In this document: piece after piece, positions 21,578 through 40,784 of the stretch | Layout: every line of letters starts with the position of its first letter | Position numbering within the stretch: position 1 is the stretch's first letter | From: the human T2T-CHM13v2.0 reference genome, Homo sapiens | Direction: 5' to 3' (one strand) | Assembly (NCBI RefSeq): GCF_009914755.1 | Contig: NC_060941.1 | DNA length: 64,000 nt | Position numbers and translations under genes: made by a program | The notes under the pieces: generated by a model | What the model was told of the DNA's origin: nothing | Database searches by the model: none | What the model saw: only the letters and a program-made list of their open reading frames with translations

Positions 21578-24500
21578 AAGAGTTAGATCTCAACATAGTC
21601 CAGATGCAGAAATAAAGGCCTGTTCTTGAAGAGGGAGCTTGTACACAAAAATGTTCCAGATCTCATTTGTGTGTATTGGCAGGACCTGGGAGGCAAGTAT
21701 GGGAATGCATACTAAAGATGTAGATGAAGGAGAATGAAATAAAGGCTTGATCTAGCTGAAAGCATTGACGCTCAATAGGGATTGAATGTGTTGGCTTGGG
21801 AGTAGTTGATACTCTGCTAGATTTGGCCAACTGATTTTGGCTTGCTGATGCCTTGACTCAATGTTGGTCTACAGTTAATGAGTTTGAGATTCCCTGACTT
21901 ACGTGGCATTTGGTAGAAACTTGCTGCTCAAAATGTGTCATGTGGAGTTGCTGTAGCAGCATCACTGGGAGCTATTTAAAAATGTAGAATCTCGGGCCCC
22001 ATCCTAGACCTTCTGAATCAGAATTTTAGCAATATTTCCATGTGCTTCATATGCACATTATATGTTACAGTTTGAGAGGCATTGTTCTAGAAGGAGCTCA
22101 AAGACTCAGGGATGTGAGAATATTGAAATGGAGCTACTATGTGCAACACGCTTCGACACTACCCCCCTAGCCAGAATCCCCGAGCAAGCCCAGGGGATGC
22201 ACCTATCACCAAGGAATTAAGACATGCATTGGAGAGGAAGGTACTAGCAGTGCTGGAGTGAGGGGGGAGGCAAGAAGACACCCAGGATACAACATTTAAC
22301 CGGGCACCCACCCTCCGGTACTGATCCTGAATGCATGAGCCTGAAAGTGAATGCCTCCTTTAATATCTTGTGCCAGGGTGCTTCACTAGCCGTGGGCACT
22401 GGTAACCTTGTGAAGCTTTTTGGTGGCTGTTCTCTATAGGCCAGAAATGACAGTGGGGTATGCAGCACTGGAACTGGCTTCCCTTATCTAAACGGAAGTA
22501 GTGGAATCCTGCAGTGGTAGAAGCCAGGTTGCAGTCGTTATTGAACAGCCGAGACAAGATGGACATATTATCCCAATAAACCGTAGGATTGGAGTGGTAA
22601 TCTGAGTGTTTTGACCAGGAGGGATCCATAGTGATGATCATGGCATCCTTACAAATTAAATAGATGGGCAGTCTACTAAAATGTGGCTTGACATACATAG
22701 GCAGAAAAATCCCAGATATACTGGGCATAACCCTATCTTTAGTTGTCATGGTGGGGAATCAAAACCCCTTATCCAGTTTCCAAATATAAACTAATCCAAA
22801 ATCCTACAACTCTTTGGGAAAGAGACCTTTGAGAAAAATCCTGTTACATGGCTGCAGACACATTCTATGACTCTTCCCTCAGTCCTTCATCAGAGGGACC
22901 TGCAGACATTTAATAGGGTGACTCTGTACTGGGGAAATGGAACTATCGAGGGATTCCTAGATTCTGGCTCTGAATGATTCTGGCTCTGATTCTGGCAGAG
23001 ACTGAAGTGCCACATTGGTCCAGCAGGCAGAGGGAGGGCCCAAGGAGCCAGATAATCACTGGTCCTTTGGTTATTTCTCGAGTCTGGACAACGTATAGTA
23101 GACATAGGATTGGAAACTGCCAGAATTCCCACATCAGTTTCCAGATCCAAAAAGTGAGAGTTATTATGTTAGGAAGGGCCAAGTAGAAGCCCCTAGAATT
23201 GTACTCTTCACCCACATCAAAATAGCAATCTTGGCCGGGCGTGGTGTCTCATGTAACCCTAACATTTTGAGAGGCTGAGGTGGGCAGATTGTCTGAGCTC
23301 AGGAGTTTGCGACTAGCCTGGGCAATGTGGCAATAATCCCATCTCTACTAAAACACACAAAAACTTAGACGGGCATGGTGGTGCATGCCTGTAGTCTATT
23401 GCTTGAACCTGGGAGGCAGAGGCTGCAGTAAGCCGAGATGGCACCACTGTACTCCAGCCAGGGAAACAGAGCCAGACTCTGTTTCAAAAAAAATAGCAAT
23501 CACACATTCCTGAGGGGAGTTTCAGAGATTAATCCTACCGTCAACAACCTAATAGGTGCGGAAGTAGTGATTCCTATCACATCCTCACTTGACCCATCTC
23601 TTTGACTGGTGAAAAAGCAGATGGACATGGAGAACGCCAGTGATTTTCACAAACAGGCTGTGATGCCAATATCACCTGCTCTTCTGGGTTGCAGTATCTT
23701 TACTGGAGCAAGTTAATACAGTCCCTGGCACCTGGTTTGCAGCTATTGCTGGCTTCTCTGCTCCCCCACACAATTTCTACAAGACAAGGAAATGAGAAGC
23801 AGTTTGATCTAAGTGGTGGGGCAAGAGGATAGTTTGCCATCTTGCTTCATGACTACCTCAATTCAAATGCATGCTGTCATGATGTAATCAGGACAACTCT
23901 TGATTATTTTGCTATCCCATAGGGATGACATAATGCTAATTGGACCTGATGAGGAAGTATATCAAGTGTGCCTTGGATACATGCCTGCCAGAGGGTAGGT
24001 GACAAACTTCACAGGTTCCAGAGCCTGTCACATCAGTGGTGTTTCTGGAGTTTGGTACCTTGGGACAGGTTGAAACAACATCTCTAAAAGAAAGAATAAC
24101 CTACGAAGCTCCATGCTTGCTTGGTTTATCTGGATTTTGGACAGGCTAATCCATTTTCTGCCAAGCAGTAAGACTGCTAGAGAAGGAAAGTTCTCTCTAG
24201 CAGGTCCAAGTTGTGGTGTACATGTCCCACTATTTGCACACAATGACCCAGCAGACCTAATGATAGTGGGAGACTCTGCAGAAGTCAGAGATCTACCAAA
24301 ATCCCCAATAACAGAATCCCTAGAGTTTTGGAGGAAGGCTATGCCCTCTTCTGCCAACAAGTACTGTCCATATGAAATCAGTATCTCACTTCCCGTGGGA
24401 CCCTGTTGAGACTGAATATCTGACAAATATCTGTGTGACCTGAGCTCTTATCAAATCCAAAGGGGTCATCTCTTCCACTAAATCATACACAGCAGAATTC

Positions 24501-25034
24501 ATCATAAAATGGAACTCATATATGTAAGACTGGGGCCTCATAGGTCTGCAAGAAATTAATAAGCTGTAACAGCAGGTGGCTCAGACTTGCATAGGATCAA
24601 TGTCCACTGCTTCACTGCCTTTCTCTCCACTTACAGCAATGACCTCTTGGGGCACATGACCAGCTAAAGGAGGACAAAAAGGTGTGGGCTTGGTTTGCAA
24701 ATGAAGCTTCATGATCCATAGGTCTCAACAAGAGTGGATGGCTTTTACTCTCCAGCTCCACTCAGGGATAACACTGCAAGACAATGATGAAGGGAAGTCA
24801 TCTAAGTGGGTATACACGTTTGTGTATTTTGGGTGAAATGATAGCCATCACCACGGACTTAGAAACCACAGGAGAATGAAAGTTTAAGTAACCCCACCCA
24901 GTAAAGAATCCCATCCAACTGAGGTGGGCAGGCAGAACTTAGAGAGGGTTGTGGGAGAAGGCTGCTATAACTACCAACCGAGGCCTTGTGACTAGCTTCA
25001 GAAGTAGGTACAAATACAGATAGGTTTTATTTTA

Positions 25035-25420
25035 CCAAAAGAAAAACTTTAGACAAGTTAAGTTTAGCAGAGTTTACTTGAGCAAAGAACAATTCATGAA
25101 TTAGGCAGCATCCAGAACCAGGAGACGTCCAGAGAGCACTCCCTAGCAACATGGGCAGGCAGTATTTATAGAAAGAAAAGGGTAGTGACATACAGAAACA
25201 GCTTGATTGGTTGCAGCTTGGCATTTACCTTCTGTGGACATGGTCTGATCACTTGGCAGCCTGTGATTGGCTGAAGTTTGGCTGCTGTGTATGGGATTGG
25301 ATGGGACTTGGCTATTCGTTACAAGACTATACTCTTAAGTTATGTTGCAGTTTGTTTACTTACTACATTAGGTTACAGTTTGCTATGTATGGAGGCAGCT
25401 TTAGGCCAAATTTAGTTTAA
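25035..25420 (-). mobile_element. MER31-like solo LTR
   Basis: gcagcctgtgattggctg...cagctttaggccaaatttagtttaa; resembles the copy at 26083-26452. Confidence 0.65.
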
Positions 25421-25561
25421 TATAAAATTGCTAATTATTGATGTTTCTTTCTCCTCTTTCCCCTGTGGCCTTATAAAAAGAAGATTGGCCATGGCTAACA
25501 TTTTTGGTTTCAAACGAACATTTGACTGAATTGATACCATGGTAGCTTAACACACTTTATT

Positions 25562-26082
25562 GTGTTGGGGACATTAACTCTTCACCCAGAGGAATGATAA
25601 GATTGGGGTAGGAGGGGAATGGGGAGTTGGCATGCTGGACATCCTCCATTTATTCCTTTGGCATCTATTCTCCATCCTTCTCCAGCCTGCTCTGGGCTGC
25701 AAGAGGCTGCCTGGATAATATCGGTAGGGCTCCCTTGCCATCTGAATTTTGGTTGCTTGGTCAATGGGGACAATGGCTGAAGATGAGAGGGAGGGAGGAG
25801 AGTGAGGTGAGACTATTTTTTTTCTTCTGGTTCTCCTCTTGCGAGTAATGCACGCTGGCTGTGTCCCACAACTAAAGTTCCTATGATGCAGCCTCTTGAC
25901 AGGTCTTTTGATCTCCTGGTTCCAGTAACAACTTCTTCCCCTCAACAGAGCTGCCTGCCCCTCATCAATAGCCCCAAACTATACATTATCTCCTGTGGCC
26001 TCCCTCTTCTCTGTCCACACCTTTGTAAATAGTCCCTTTTGAACTCGTCTCTAATTATGCCTTTGAATGTACCTTGTGTTTG
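25562..26082 (+). mobile_element. ERVL-class LTR (LTR33/LTR16-like), probable 3' LTR of the upstream relic
   Basis: tgtgttggggacattaa...ccacacctttgtaaatagtcccttt pattern. Confidence 0.55.
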
Positions 26083-26452
26083 TTAAAGGAAAACTAGACG
26101 AATTAAATTTAACAGAATTTAATTGAGAAAAGAAGGACTTGTGAAGAGATTCAGAGAGCTCTGAGCCTAAATGTGGGCAGGCAGCATTTATAGACAGAAA
26201 ACAGAAGTGAGGTATAGAAACAGCTTGCTTGGTTACAGCATGGTGTTTGCCTTATTTGGACATAGTCTGATCAGTTGGCAGCCTGTGATTGGCTGCTGTG
26301 ATTGGCTGAGACTCAGCTAGTCGCTACAAAAAAGATAATAAAACTCCTAAGTTAGGCTTTCAGTTTGTTTGCATAGTAAGTTTGGTGCTTGTTTGTTACA
26401 TATGGACTCAGGTATTGAGGCATCCTCAGGTCAAATTTAGTTTAATTTAACA
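26083..26452 (-). mobile_element. MER31-like solo LTR
   Basis: tgttaaaggaaaact...aaatttagtttaatttaaca with TG/CA ends. Confidence 0.65.
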
Positions 26453-26837
26453 TTGTCCTGCTAGGCCTCCTGTGGATATGCCAGGTTAATAATATGGACC
26501 CAGGAAAGACAGCATCTAGCCAGCACTTCTGAAGGATGCATATGAGGCACCTGGAGGATCTTGTTACAACACAGATTCTGAGTCAGTAGATCTGGGATTC
26601 ATCTATTTCTAGTGGAAAGGAAATATTCTAGACCCTTGCTACTCAAAGTGAAGTCTTTGGTCTAGCAGCTCCTACATCACCTGGAATCTTGTTAAAAATA
26701 ATGTCAAGCCTCACCCAGAAAGAACTTCCCAATCAGCAGCTGGTAAGTGCCCAGCTCTGCAGAGCTCCTTTGGGAGAAACCAGAGGCCCCAGTTCTTCAG
26801 GATTTTCCTGGCTGTTTCCCAAAACTGCTCACTCACT

Positions 26838-27207
26838 TTTTTTTTTAATTTTTTATTTCCATGGGTTTTTGGGAAACAGGTGGTGTTTGGTTACATGAGT
26901 AAGTTCTTTAGTGGTGATTTGTGAGATTTTGGTGCACCCATCACCCAAGCAGTGTACACTGAACTCAATTTGTAGTCTTTATTCCTCACCCCCTTCCCAC
27001 CCTTTCCTCCCTGAGTCCCCAAAGTTCATTGTATCATTCTTATTCCTCTGCATCCTCATAGCTTATCTCCCACTTATGAGTGAGGGCATTCGATGTTTGG
27101 TTTTGCATTGCTGAGTTACTTCACTTAGAATAATAGTCTCCAGTCTCATCCAGGTTGCTGCAAATGCCATTAATTCATTTCTTTTTATGGTTGAGTCATA
27201 TTCCATA

Positions 27208-27249
<42 letters not shown>

Positions 27250-27455
27250 TGTATATACGTGTGTGTATATATGTGTGTGTGTATATATGTATATATACAC
27301 ACATACATATATATACATATATACACACATATAATACACACACATATACACACATATGTATACACATATATACACACACACACCACAGTTTCTTTATCTG
27401 CTCATTGATTGATGGGCATTTGGGCTGGTTCCTCATTTTTGCAATTGTGAATTGC
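26838..27455 (-). mobile_element. L1PB/L1PA16-like 3' end with (TA/TG/CA)n microsatellite 27206-27382
   Basis: Reverse-complement L1 3'UTR (ttacatgagtaagttctttagtggtgatttgtgag...). Confidence 0.85.
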
Positions 27456-27623
27456 CACTCATCCTTTTAGCTGCTTCTCTTTCAATTCAAGTTTTCATAA
27501 AAATTCAACAGATTTTTGTTGATTCACTCTTCTTTTTCAGTTCTGCTTCTGAAGCATGGATAGAGACAAGAGTCATATAATGAGGCCAGAATTCTCTGTT
27601 TCTTTTCTTGGCTACTCTTTTTA

Positions 27624-27672
27624 TTAGGTTGGTGCAAAAGTAAAAGCAGTTTTTGCCATTAAAAGTAATGAA
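27624..27672. mobile_element. MADE1 (mariner MITE) fragment
   Basis: ttaggttggtgcaaaagtaaaagcagtttttgccatt matches the MADE1 TIR. Confidence 0.8.
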
Positions 27673-27778
27673 GAAAAGAAACAAAACTGTGCTTGTTTCT
27701 CTGCATCTCACCATTGCTGGCTAACTTTTGGCTATATCTTTACAGTTTTCATCCATTTTATAAAATACTGGGGGAGAA

Positions 27779-28593
<815 letters not shown>

Positions 28594-28652
28594 CCATTCT
28601 ATGGAAATCTTTATTCAACAAGAAAGAATGAGGGAGTTAATGAATACGGGAA
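28594..28652 (+). pseudogene. Schlafen relic, start of penultimate-exon homology
   Basis: caacaagaaagaatgagggagttaatgaatacggga (QQERMRELMNTG) versus SLFN5 caacataaaggactcagagacttaataaatacagaa ([12 protein letters not shown]). Confidence 0.65.
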
Positions 28653-28669
28653 TATAAGAGACAAATAAC

Positions 28670-29036
28670 TTACGGACTGAATTGTGTTCCCCCAAAATTC
28701 GCATGTTGAAGGTTTTAGGGAACTAATTAAGGTTAAATGAGGTCATAAGAGTGGGTCCCTAATCTGATAAAACTGGGGCTTTTATAAGAATAGGAAGAGA
28801 CACCAGAGATCAGAGATTCCGCACCCCCAACCCCAAAGTGCACAGAGAAAAGGCCATGTGAGGAAACAGTGAGAAGGTGGCCATCTACTAACCAGAAAGA
28901 CAGCCCTCACCAGAAACCAAATTTGTCATCATCTTGATCATGGACTTCTTGCCTCCCTAACTGTGAGAAAATAAATGTCTATTGTTTAAGCCAGCCAGCC
29001 TATGGTATTCGACGACAGCCCAAGTAACCTACTACA
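28670..29036 (+). mobile_element. MLT1A/B-like MaLR solo LTR
   Basis: ggactgaattgtgttcccccaaaattc...taaatgtctattgtttaagcca; 5-bp TSD ataac (28665-28669, 29037-29041). Confidence 0.8.
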
Positions 29037-29041
29037 ATAAC

Positions 29042-32490
<3,449 letters not shown>

Positions 32491-33283
32491 ATATGCTTTG
32501 TTTCTCAAAAAGCATTTTTTTTGTTGTTGTTTGTTTATTTTTTTTTAGCAGTGGGGCTGTGGACCTGGGTCCAGAGTATGGAATGATGCAGGTTGGAGGG
32601 GCCATCCCACGCACGCTAGTAAAGTTAGTGAACATGAATGAAACATGGAAGTGTATGTGTCTTGATTATGGTCTTCACTCTGGGATCTGAGAGAAACACA
32701 CAGCTCCTCAGTGGTTCAGACTTGCAAATAATTTATCTTGAGTCTTATCAGCTTACAGCCACCTAAAACACGAAGCTATGCTAATGTTCCCTGTGATAGC
32801 CTTGTTTGGGTTTAGAAAATTCTTATGTGGCCAGTTGGGATCTGAGGTATAAATCTACTCTTAAATAAACAGCAGGAATTGCCTTTAAAGACTTGCTCCA
32901 AGACAAATGAAGAATTTGTGGCTTACCTGATGTAGTTGTGACTATGAAGATCATGGAAAAGATTAAGAATGTGCTTTACTGTGGCAACATTCTTGGCATT
33001 TGTGGAAATTTGCTTTTGAGTAAATTTATTAGGTAAGCAATTTGACTGCGATGATAGCAAATAAATATTATTACTTATTTGCTATCCATTTCATTTTCCT
33101 AAATAACTTAGAGAGGGATTCTTTCTGGTTTCATTGGTAAAAGTAATGTTACATATTCTCAATACATTGCAGTTTAGTATTTAACTTTGCTTCTTTGTTA
33201 ACTGGGAAAGCATGACTTGGTTTCTAAAAATTTTAACAGAATGAAAAACATCTGCCAGGCAGTGATACAAAAATTCTTCATGA
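32491..33283 (+). pseudogene. Schlafen pseudogene relic: penultimate exon, intron (33033-33239) and start of last exon
   Basis: SGAVDLG, KLVN, IYLESY, LFGFRKFL, QLGSEV, NLLLNKQQEL, GLP, MKIMEKIKNV align collinearly to SLFN5 ~4210-4838; donor ATTAG|gtaagc, acceptor ttttaacag|A, then MKNICQAVIQKFFM versus KKNICQPVTRKTFM; stops and frameshifts present. Confidence 0.9.
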
Positions 33284-34880
33284 ATCATCTCAATAGATGC
33301 AGAAAAAGCATTTGATAAAAGTCAGCACCCTTTCATGATACAAATCTTCAACAAACTTCAGAAGAACTACCTTAAAATAATAAAGGCCCTATACAACAAA
33401 CCCACAGCCAGCATCATACTGAATAGGAAAAAGTTGCAAGCATTCCCTCTAAGAACTGGAGCAAGACAAGGATGTTCATTCTCACCACTCCTATTCAACA
33501 TAGTGCTGAACTCATAGGGCAATCAGGCAAGAGAAAGAAATAAAAGGTATCCAACTTGGAAAAGAGGAAGTCAAATTATCTCTGTTCACTGGCAATATAA
33601 CCTTATATCTAGAAATTGCTAAAGACTTCTCCAAAAAGCTCTAGATCTGATAAATGAATTCAGTAAAGTTTCACAATACGAAATCAGTGTACAAAAGTCA
33701 TTAGCATTTCTCTGCATTAATAATGATCAAGCAGAGAACCAAATCAAGAAGGCAATCCCATTTAACATAGCTACAAAAAATGAAGTAAAATAAAATAAAA
33801 TGCCCAGGAATATATTTAACCAAGGAGATAAAAGATCTTTACAAGGAAAACTACAAAACACTGATGAAAGCAGTTGTAGATGACACAAACAAATGGAAAA
33901 GCATCTTATTCTCATGGATCAGAAGAATTAATGTCATTAACATGACCATACTGCACAAAGCAATCTACAGATTCAATGCAATATCTATCAAAATACCAAT
34001 GTTGTTTTTCGCAGAGTTGGAAAAAAACAATCTTAAAATTCACATGGAACCAAAAAAGAGCCCAAATGGCTAAAGCAATCCTAAGCAAAAAGAACAAACT
34101 CGGAAGCAACACATTACCTGATCTCAAACTATACTACAAGGCTATGGTAAGCAAAACACCATGGTACTGGTACAAAAATAGACATATAGATTAATGGAAC
34201 AGAGAACTCAGAAATAAAGCCACACACATACAGCCAACTGATCTTTGGCAAAGTTGACAAAAACATACACTGGGGAAAGGATCCCCTTTTCAATAAATGA
34301 TGGTGGGGAAATTGGATTGCCACATCCAGAAGAATGCAACTGGACTCCTATCTCTCACGATATACAAGATGGATTAAAGACTCAATTATAAGACGTGAAA
34401 CTATAAAAATTCTAGAAGAAAACCTAGGTAAAACTCTTGTGGACATTGATCTAGGCAACGAATTTATGACTAAGGCCTCAAAATCACAAGCAACAAAAAC
34501 AAAAATAGACAAATGGGACTTAAACTAAAAAGCTTCTGCACAGAAAAAAAAATCAATAGAGTGAACAGACCTGCAGAATGGGAGAAAATATTTGCAAACT
34601 ATCCATTCAACCATTCAACAGGGGACTGGCATCCAGAATTTGTGAAAAACTCAAACTTCAACAACAATAACAGCAACAACAACAAAAGTGGGCAAAGGAT
34701 TTGAATAGACATTTTTTTAAAGAAGACATACAAATGACCAACAAGCATATAAAAAAATTTTCAGCATCACTAATTGTCAGATAAATGCAAATGAAAACCA
34801 CAATGAGATATCATCTTACATGAGTCCGAATGGTTATTACTAAAAAGTCAAAAAATAACATATGTTGGCAAAGATGCAGG
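33284..34880 (+). mobile_element. L1 ORF2 internal fragment (L1PB/L1MA-like), truncated at both ends
   Basis: Begins at [12 protein letters not shown] codons and ends before the 3'UTR; no poly-A or TSD. Confidence 0.85.
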
Positions 34881-34884
34881 TCAC

Positions 34885-35462
34885 ATTTCTGACCCCTCCA
34901 AGAGCAGCTGAAACAACTGTTGCACAGAACCTTCAACTCTTTCCAGCCTCCAGGGTGAGACACAACTGTATATTCTAAAGGGTGATAACTGATTGGAAGG
35001 CTTTCCATCTAAGAAGTTTCATACACAGGCTCCTACCCCAGCCTGTGTATGAAACTAGTAGATCTAAGTGCTGGGAGTCCAGAGGCAGACATGACAGGAA
35101 AGTTCTGGAATATGTGAACAAACATGAGTACACGGAATGGCAGAGCATGAAAAGGGATAATAGGGTTGTAAAGCAAGGCAGTACAACAGAAAGGCTCTCG
35201 GTATCTGTGAATGTGTGTCTGTCTGGTTTGTCTGTCTGGTAAGAGGAGTTGGTACATTAGACTGGGAAGTCAGGGAGGCCTCAGTGAGCAAAAAGCTGCC
35301 ATGTGAAACCCTAGGGCAGGTTCTTCTCAGTCTTGACATTCACACTGTGATTGAGTGTGGATATGAAGGATGGGACGGGCGGGGCGGGCATTGTGTCAGG
35401 TCTTGGAGAGGCCAAGAGAGGCAGAGGCAGGGGCAGGGTAGAAAAACAGAATCAGAGCAAAC
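34885..35462 (+). pseudogene. Schlafen relic: C-terminal codons, stop (TGA 34990-34992) and 3'UTR
   Basis: PPRAAETTVAQNLQLFPASRVR-(frameshift)-QLYILKGDN*; downstream ctaagtgctgggag and tcagggaggcctcagtgag match SLFN5 UTR ctaggtgctgggga (5935) and tcagggaagtgctcagtgag (6171). Confidence 0.85.
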
Positions 35463-36039
35463 ATTGTCAGTTGCAAATTATCACTTTTGCAACACTGAAT
35501 TTTCTTGTTTTTCTCCCCTTTCCCTTTCCTTGGCTGGTTAGTTAATATATTTTTATAGCGCCCTTTTCTTTCCTTTGCATGATTGTGAAATCTTGCTGTT
35601 TACCTCTACTTTTAACACCATCCTTGTAAAGTCCCACAGTCCTCACAGTGGTCAGGCTGCATCAGCATAATGGAAAAAACAATATTTCTCCTTGATTTAA
35701 CTTTGGAGAGAGTCTGACAGAAGGAGTGAGTGCTCTCAAATGCCTTCAGTTCTGCTGAGTCCTTAGGAGTCCAGTTAGGCCTTCCTGGGCCATCACTGCT
35801 TGAAGCCCAATTATGTGATTTGTCACATCTTCCTCTAGACTATACTCATGCCTAAAGAATCTCCATCCTTGAAACTCCCATTTCCTGCGTTAATTTCCAG
35901 GAAATGGACTCCCTTCAAGGATCCTCAGAAAGAATCTAAAAAAGGGTCCTTGAAGGCAGTTAATTTCTGGTTAAATAAAACATCTGCCATCTTTTCAGAA
36001 TATAGACTTTTCCTTCTTACCATAAAAAACGTGAGCTTG

Positions 36040-36522
36040 TTCTGGGCAGTGATTTCTTTGCTAGGTCCCAAAAGTACAGGCAATGAAAACAATAATAGAC
36101 AAATGGTATTGCATCAAACAAAAAAAACTACTGCACAGCAAAGGAAATAATTAACAGAGTGAAGATACAGTCCACGGATTGGGAGAACATATTTGCAAAT
36201 TATACAGCATAAAATGGGCTAATATCCAAAATATACAAGGTATTCAAATGACTCAATCGAAAGAAACAAATAACTTGATTAAAAACTGGGCAAACAATGT
36301 GAATACACATTTTTCAAAATACACACAAATGGCCAATAGATATTTGGAAAAATGCTCAATATTACTGATCAGGGAAATGTAAATAAAACCACAATAATAT
36401 ATCACCTCATGCTGTTAGATTGACTATTACAAAAAAGATGAATGAAAACAAGTGTTGGAGAGGATGAGGAAAAAAGAAAACTCTTGTACACTGTTGGAGG
36501 AAATGTAAATTAGTACAGTCAT
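36040..36522 (+). mobile_element. L1MA-like fragment
   Basis: Decayed ORF2 3' region (aatagacaaatgg..., cacaaatggccaatag...). Confidence 0.75.
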
Positions 36523-37572
36523 TGATATGGTTTGGCTGTGTCCCCATCCAAATCTGAGCTTGAATTGTATCTCCCGGAATTCCCACATGTTATGGGAGGG
36601 ACCCAGGGAGAGGTAGTTTAATGATGGAGGCCGTCTTTTCCCATGCTATTCTCATGATAGTGAATAAGTCTCATGAGATCTGATGGGATTATCAGGGGTT
36701 TCCTCATTTGCTTCTAGCTCATTTTCTCTTGCCACCACCATGTAAGAAGTGCCTTCACTTCCCGCCATGATTCTGAGATTTCCCCAGCCATGTGGAACTG
36801 TCCCAATAAACCTCCTTTTCTTCCCAGTCTTGGGTATGTCTTTATCAGCAGCATGAAAACAGACTAATATAGTAAATTGTTACCAGTAGAGGGGTATTGC
36901 TGAAAAGATACCAGAAAATGTGAAAGTGATTTTGGAGCTGGGTAACAGGCAGAAGTTGGAACAGTTTGGAAGCCCCAGAGGAAGACAGGAAAATGTGGGA
37001 AAGTTTGGAACTTCCTAGAGACTTGTTGAATGGCTTTGACCAAAATGCTGATAGTGATATGGACAATAAGGTCTAGGCTGAGGTGGTCTCAGATGGAGAT
37101 GAGGAGCTTGTTGGGAACTGGAGTAAAGGTGGATCTTGTTATGTTTTAGCAAAGAGGCTGGTGGCATTTTGCCCCTGCCCTAGAAATTTGTAAAACTTTG
37201 AACTTGAGAAAGATGATTTAGGGTATCTGGTGGAAGAAATTTCTAAGCAGCAAAGCATTCAAGAGGTGACTTGTTAAAGGCATTCAATTTCATAACAGAA
37301 GCAGAGCATAAAAGTTTGGAAAGTTTGCAACCTGACTATGCAATAGAAAAGAAAACCCCATTTTCTGGGGAGAAATTCAAGCCAGCTGCAGAAATTTGCA
37401 TAAGCAGTGAGGAGCCTACTGTTAATCCCCAAGACCATGGGGAAAATGTCTTTAGGCCATGTCAGAGACCTTCACAGCAGCCCCTCCCATCACAGGTCTG
37501 GAGGCCCAGGAGGAAAAAGTAGTTTCCTGGGCTGGACAGAGGATCCCTGTGCTGTGTGCAGCCTAGGGACTT
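36523..37572 (+). mobile_element. THE1(B)-like LTR (36523-36871) plus partial internal region
   Basis: tgatatggtttggctgtgtcccc...gaaaacagactaata then internal gtaaattgttaccagtagagggg. Confidence 0.9.

Positions 37573-40784
<3,212 letters not shown>

Noticed and set aside
25035-26452. Two similar MER31-like LTRs as ends of one provirus
   Set aside because: They are clearly diverged and the intervening DNA is host ERVL/LTR sequence; better read as two solo insertions.
27063-27470. Stack of Y/I/C/V-rich ORFs (also at 56271-57104)
   Set aside because: Translations of dinucleotide microsatellites.
32493-32690. 65-aa ORF as a functional Schlafen micro-protein
   Set aside because: Only partly in the SLFN frame, includes a T-rich expansion, and its ATG lies at an L1 tail junction; treated as pseudogene sequence.
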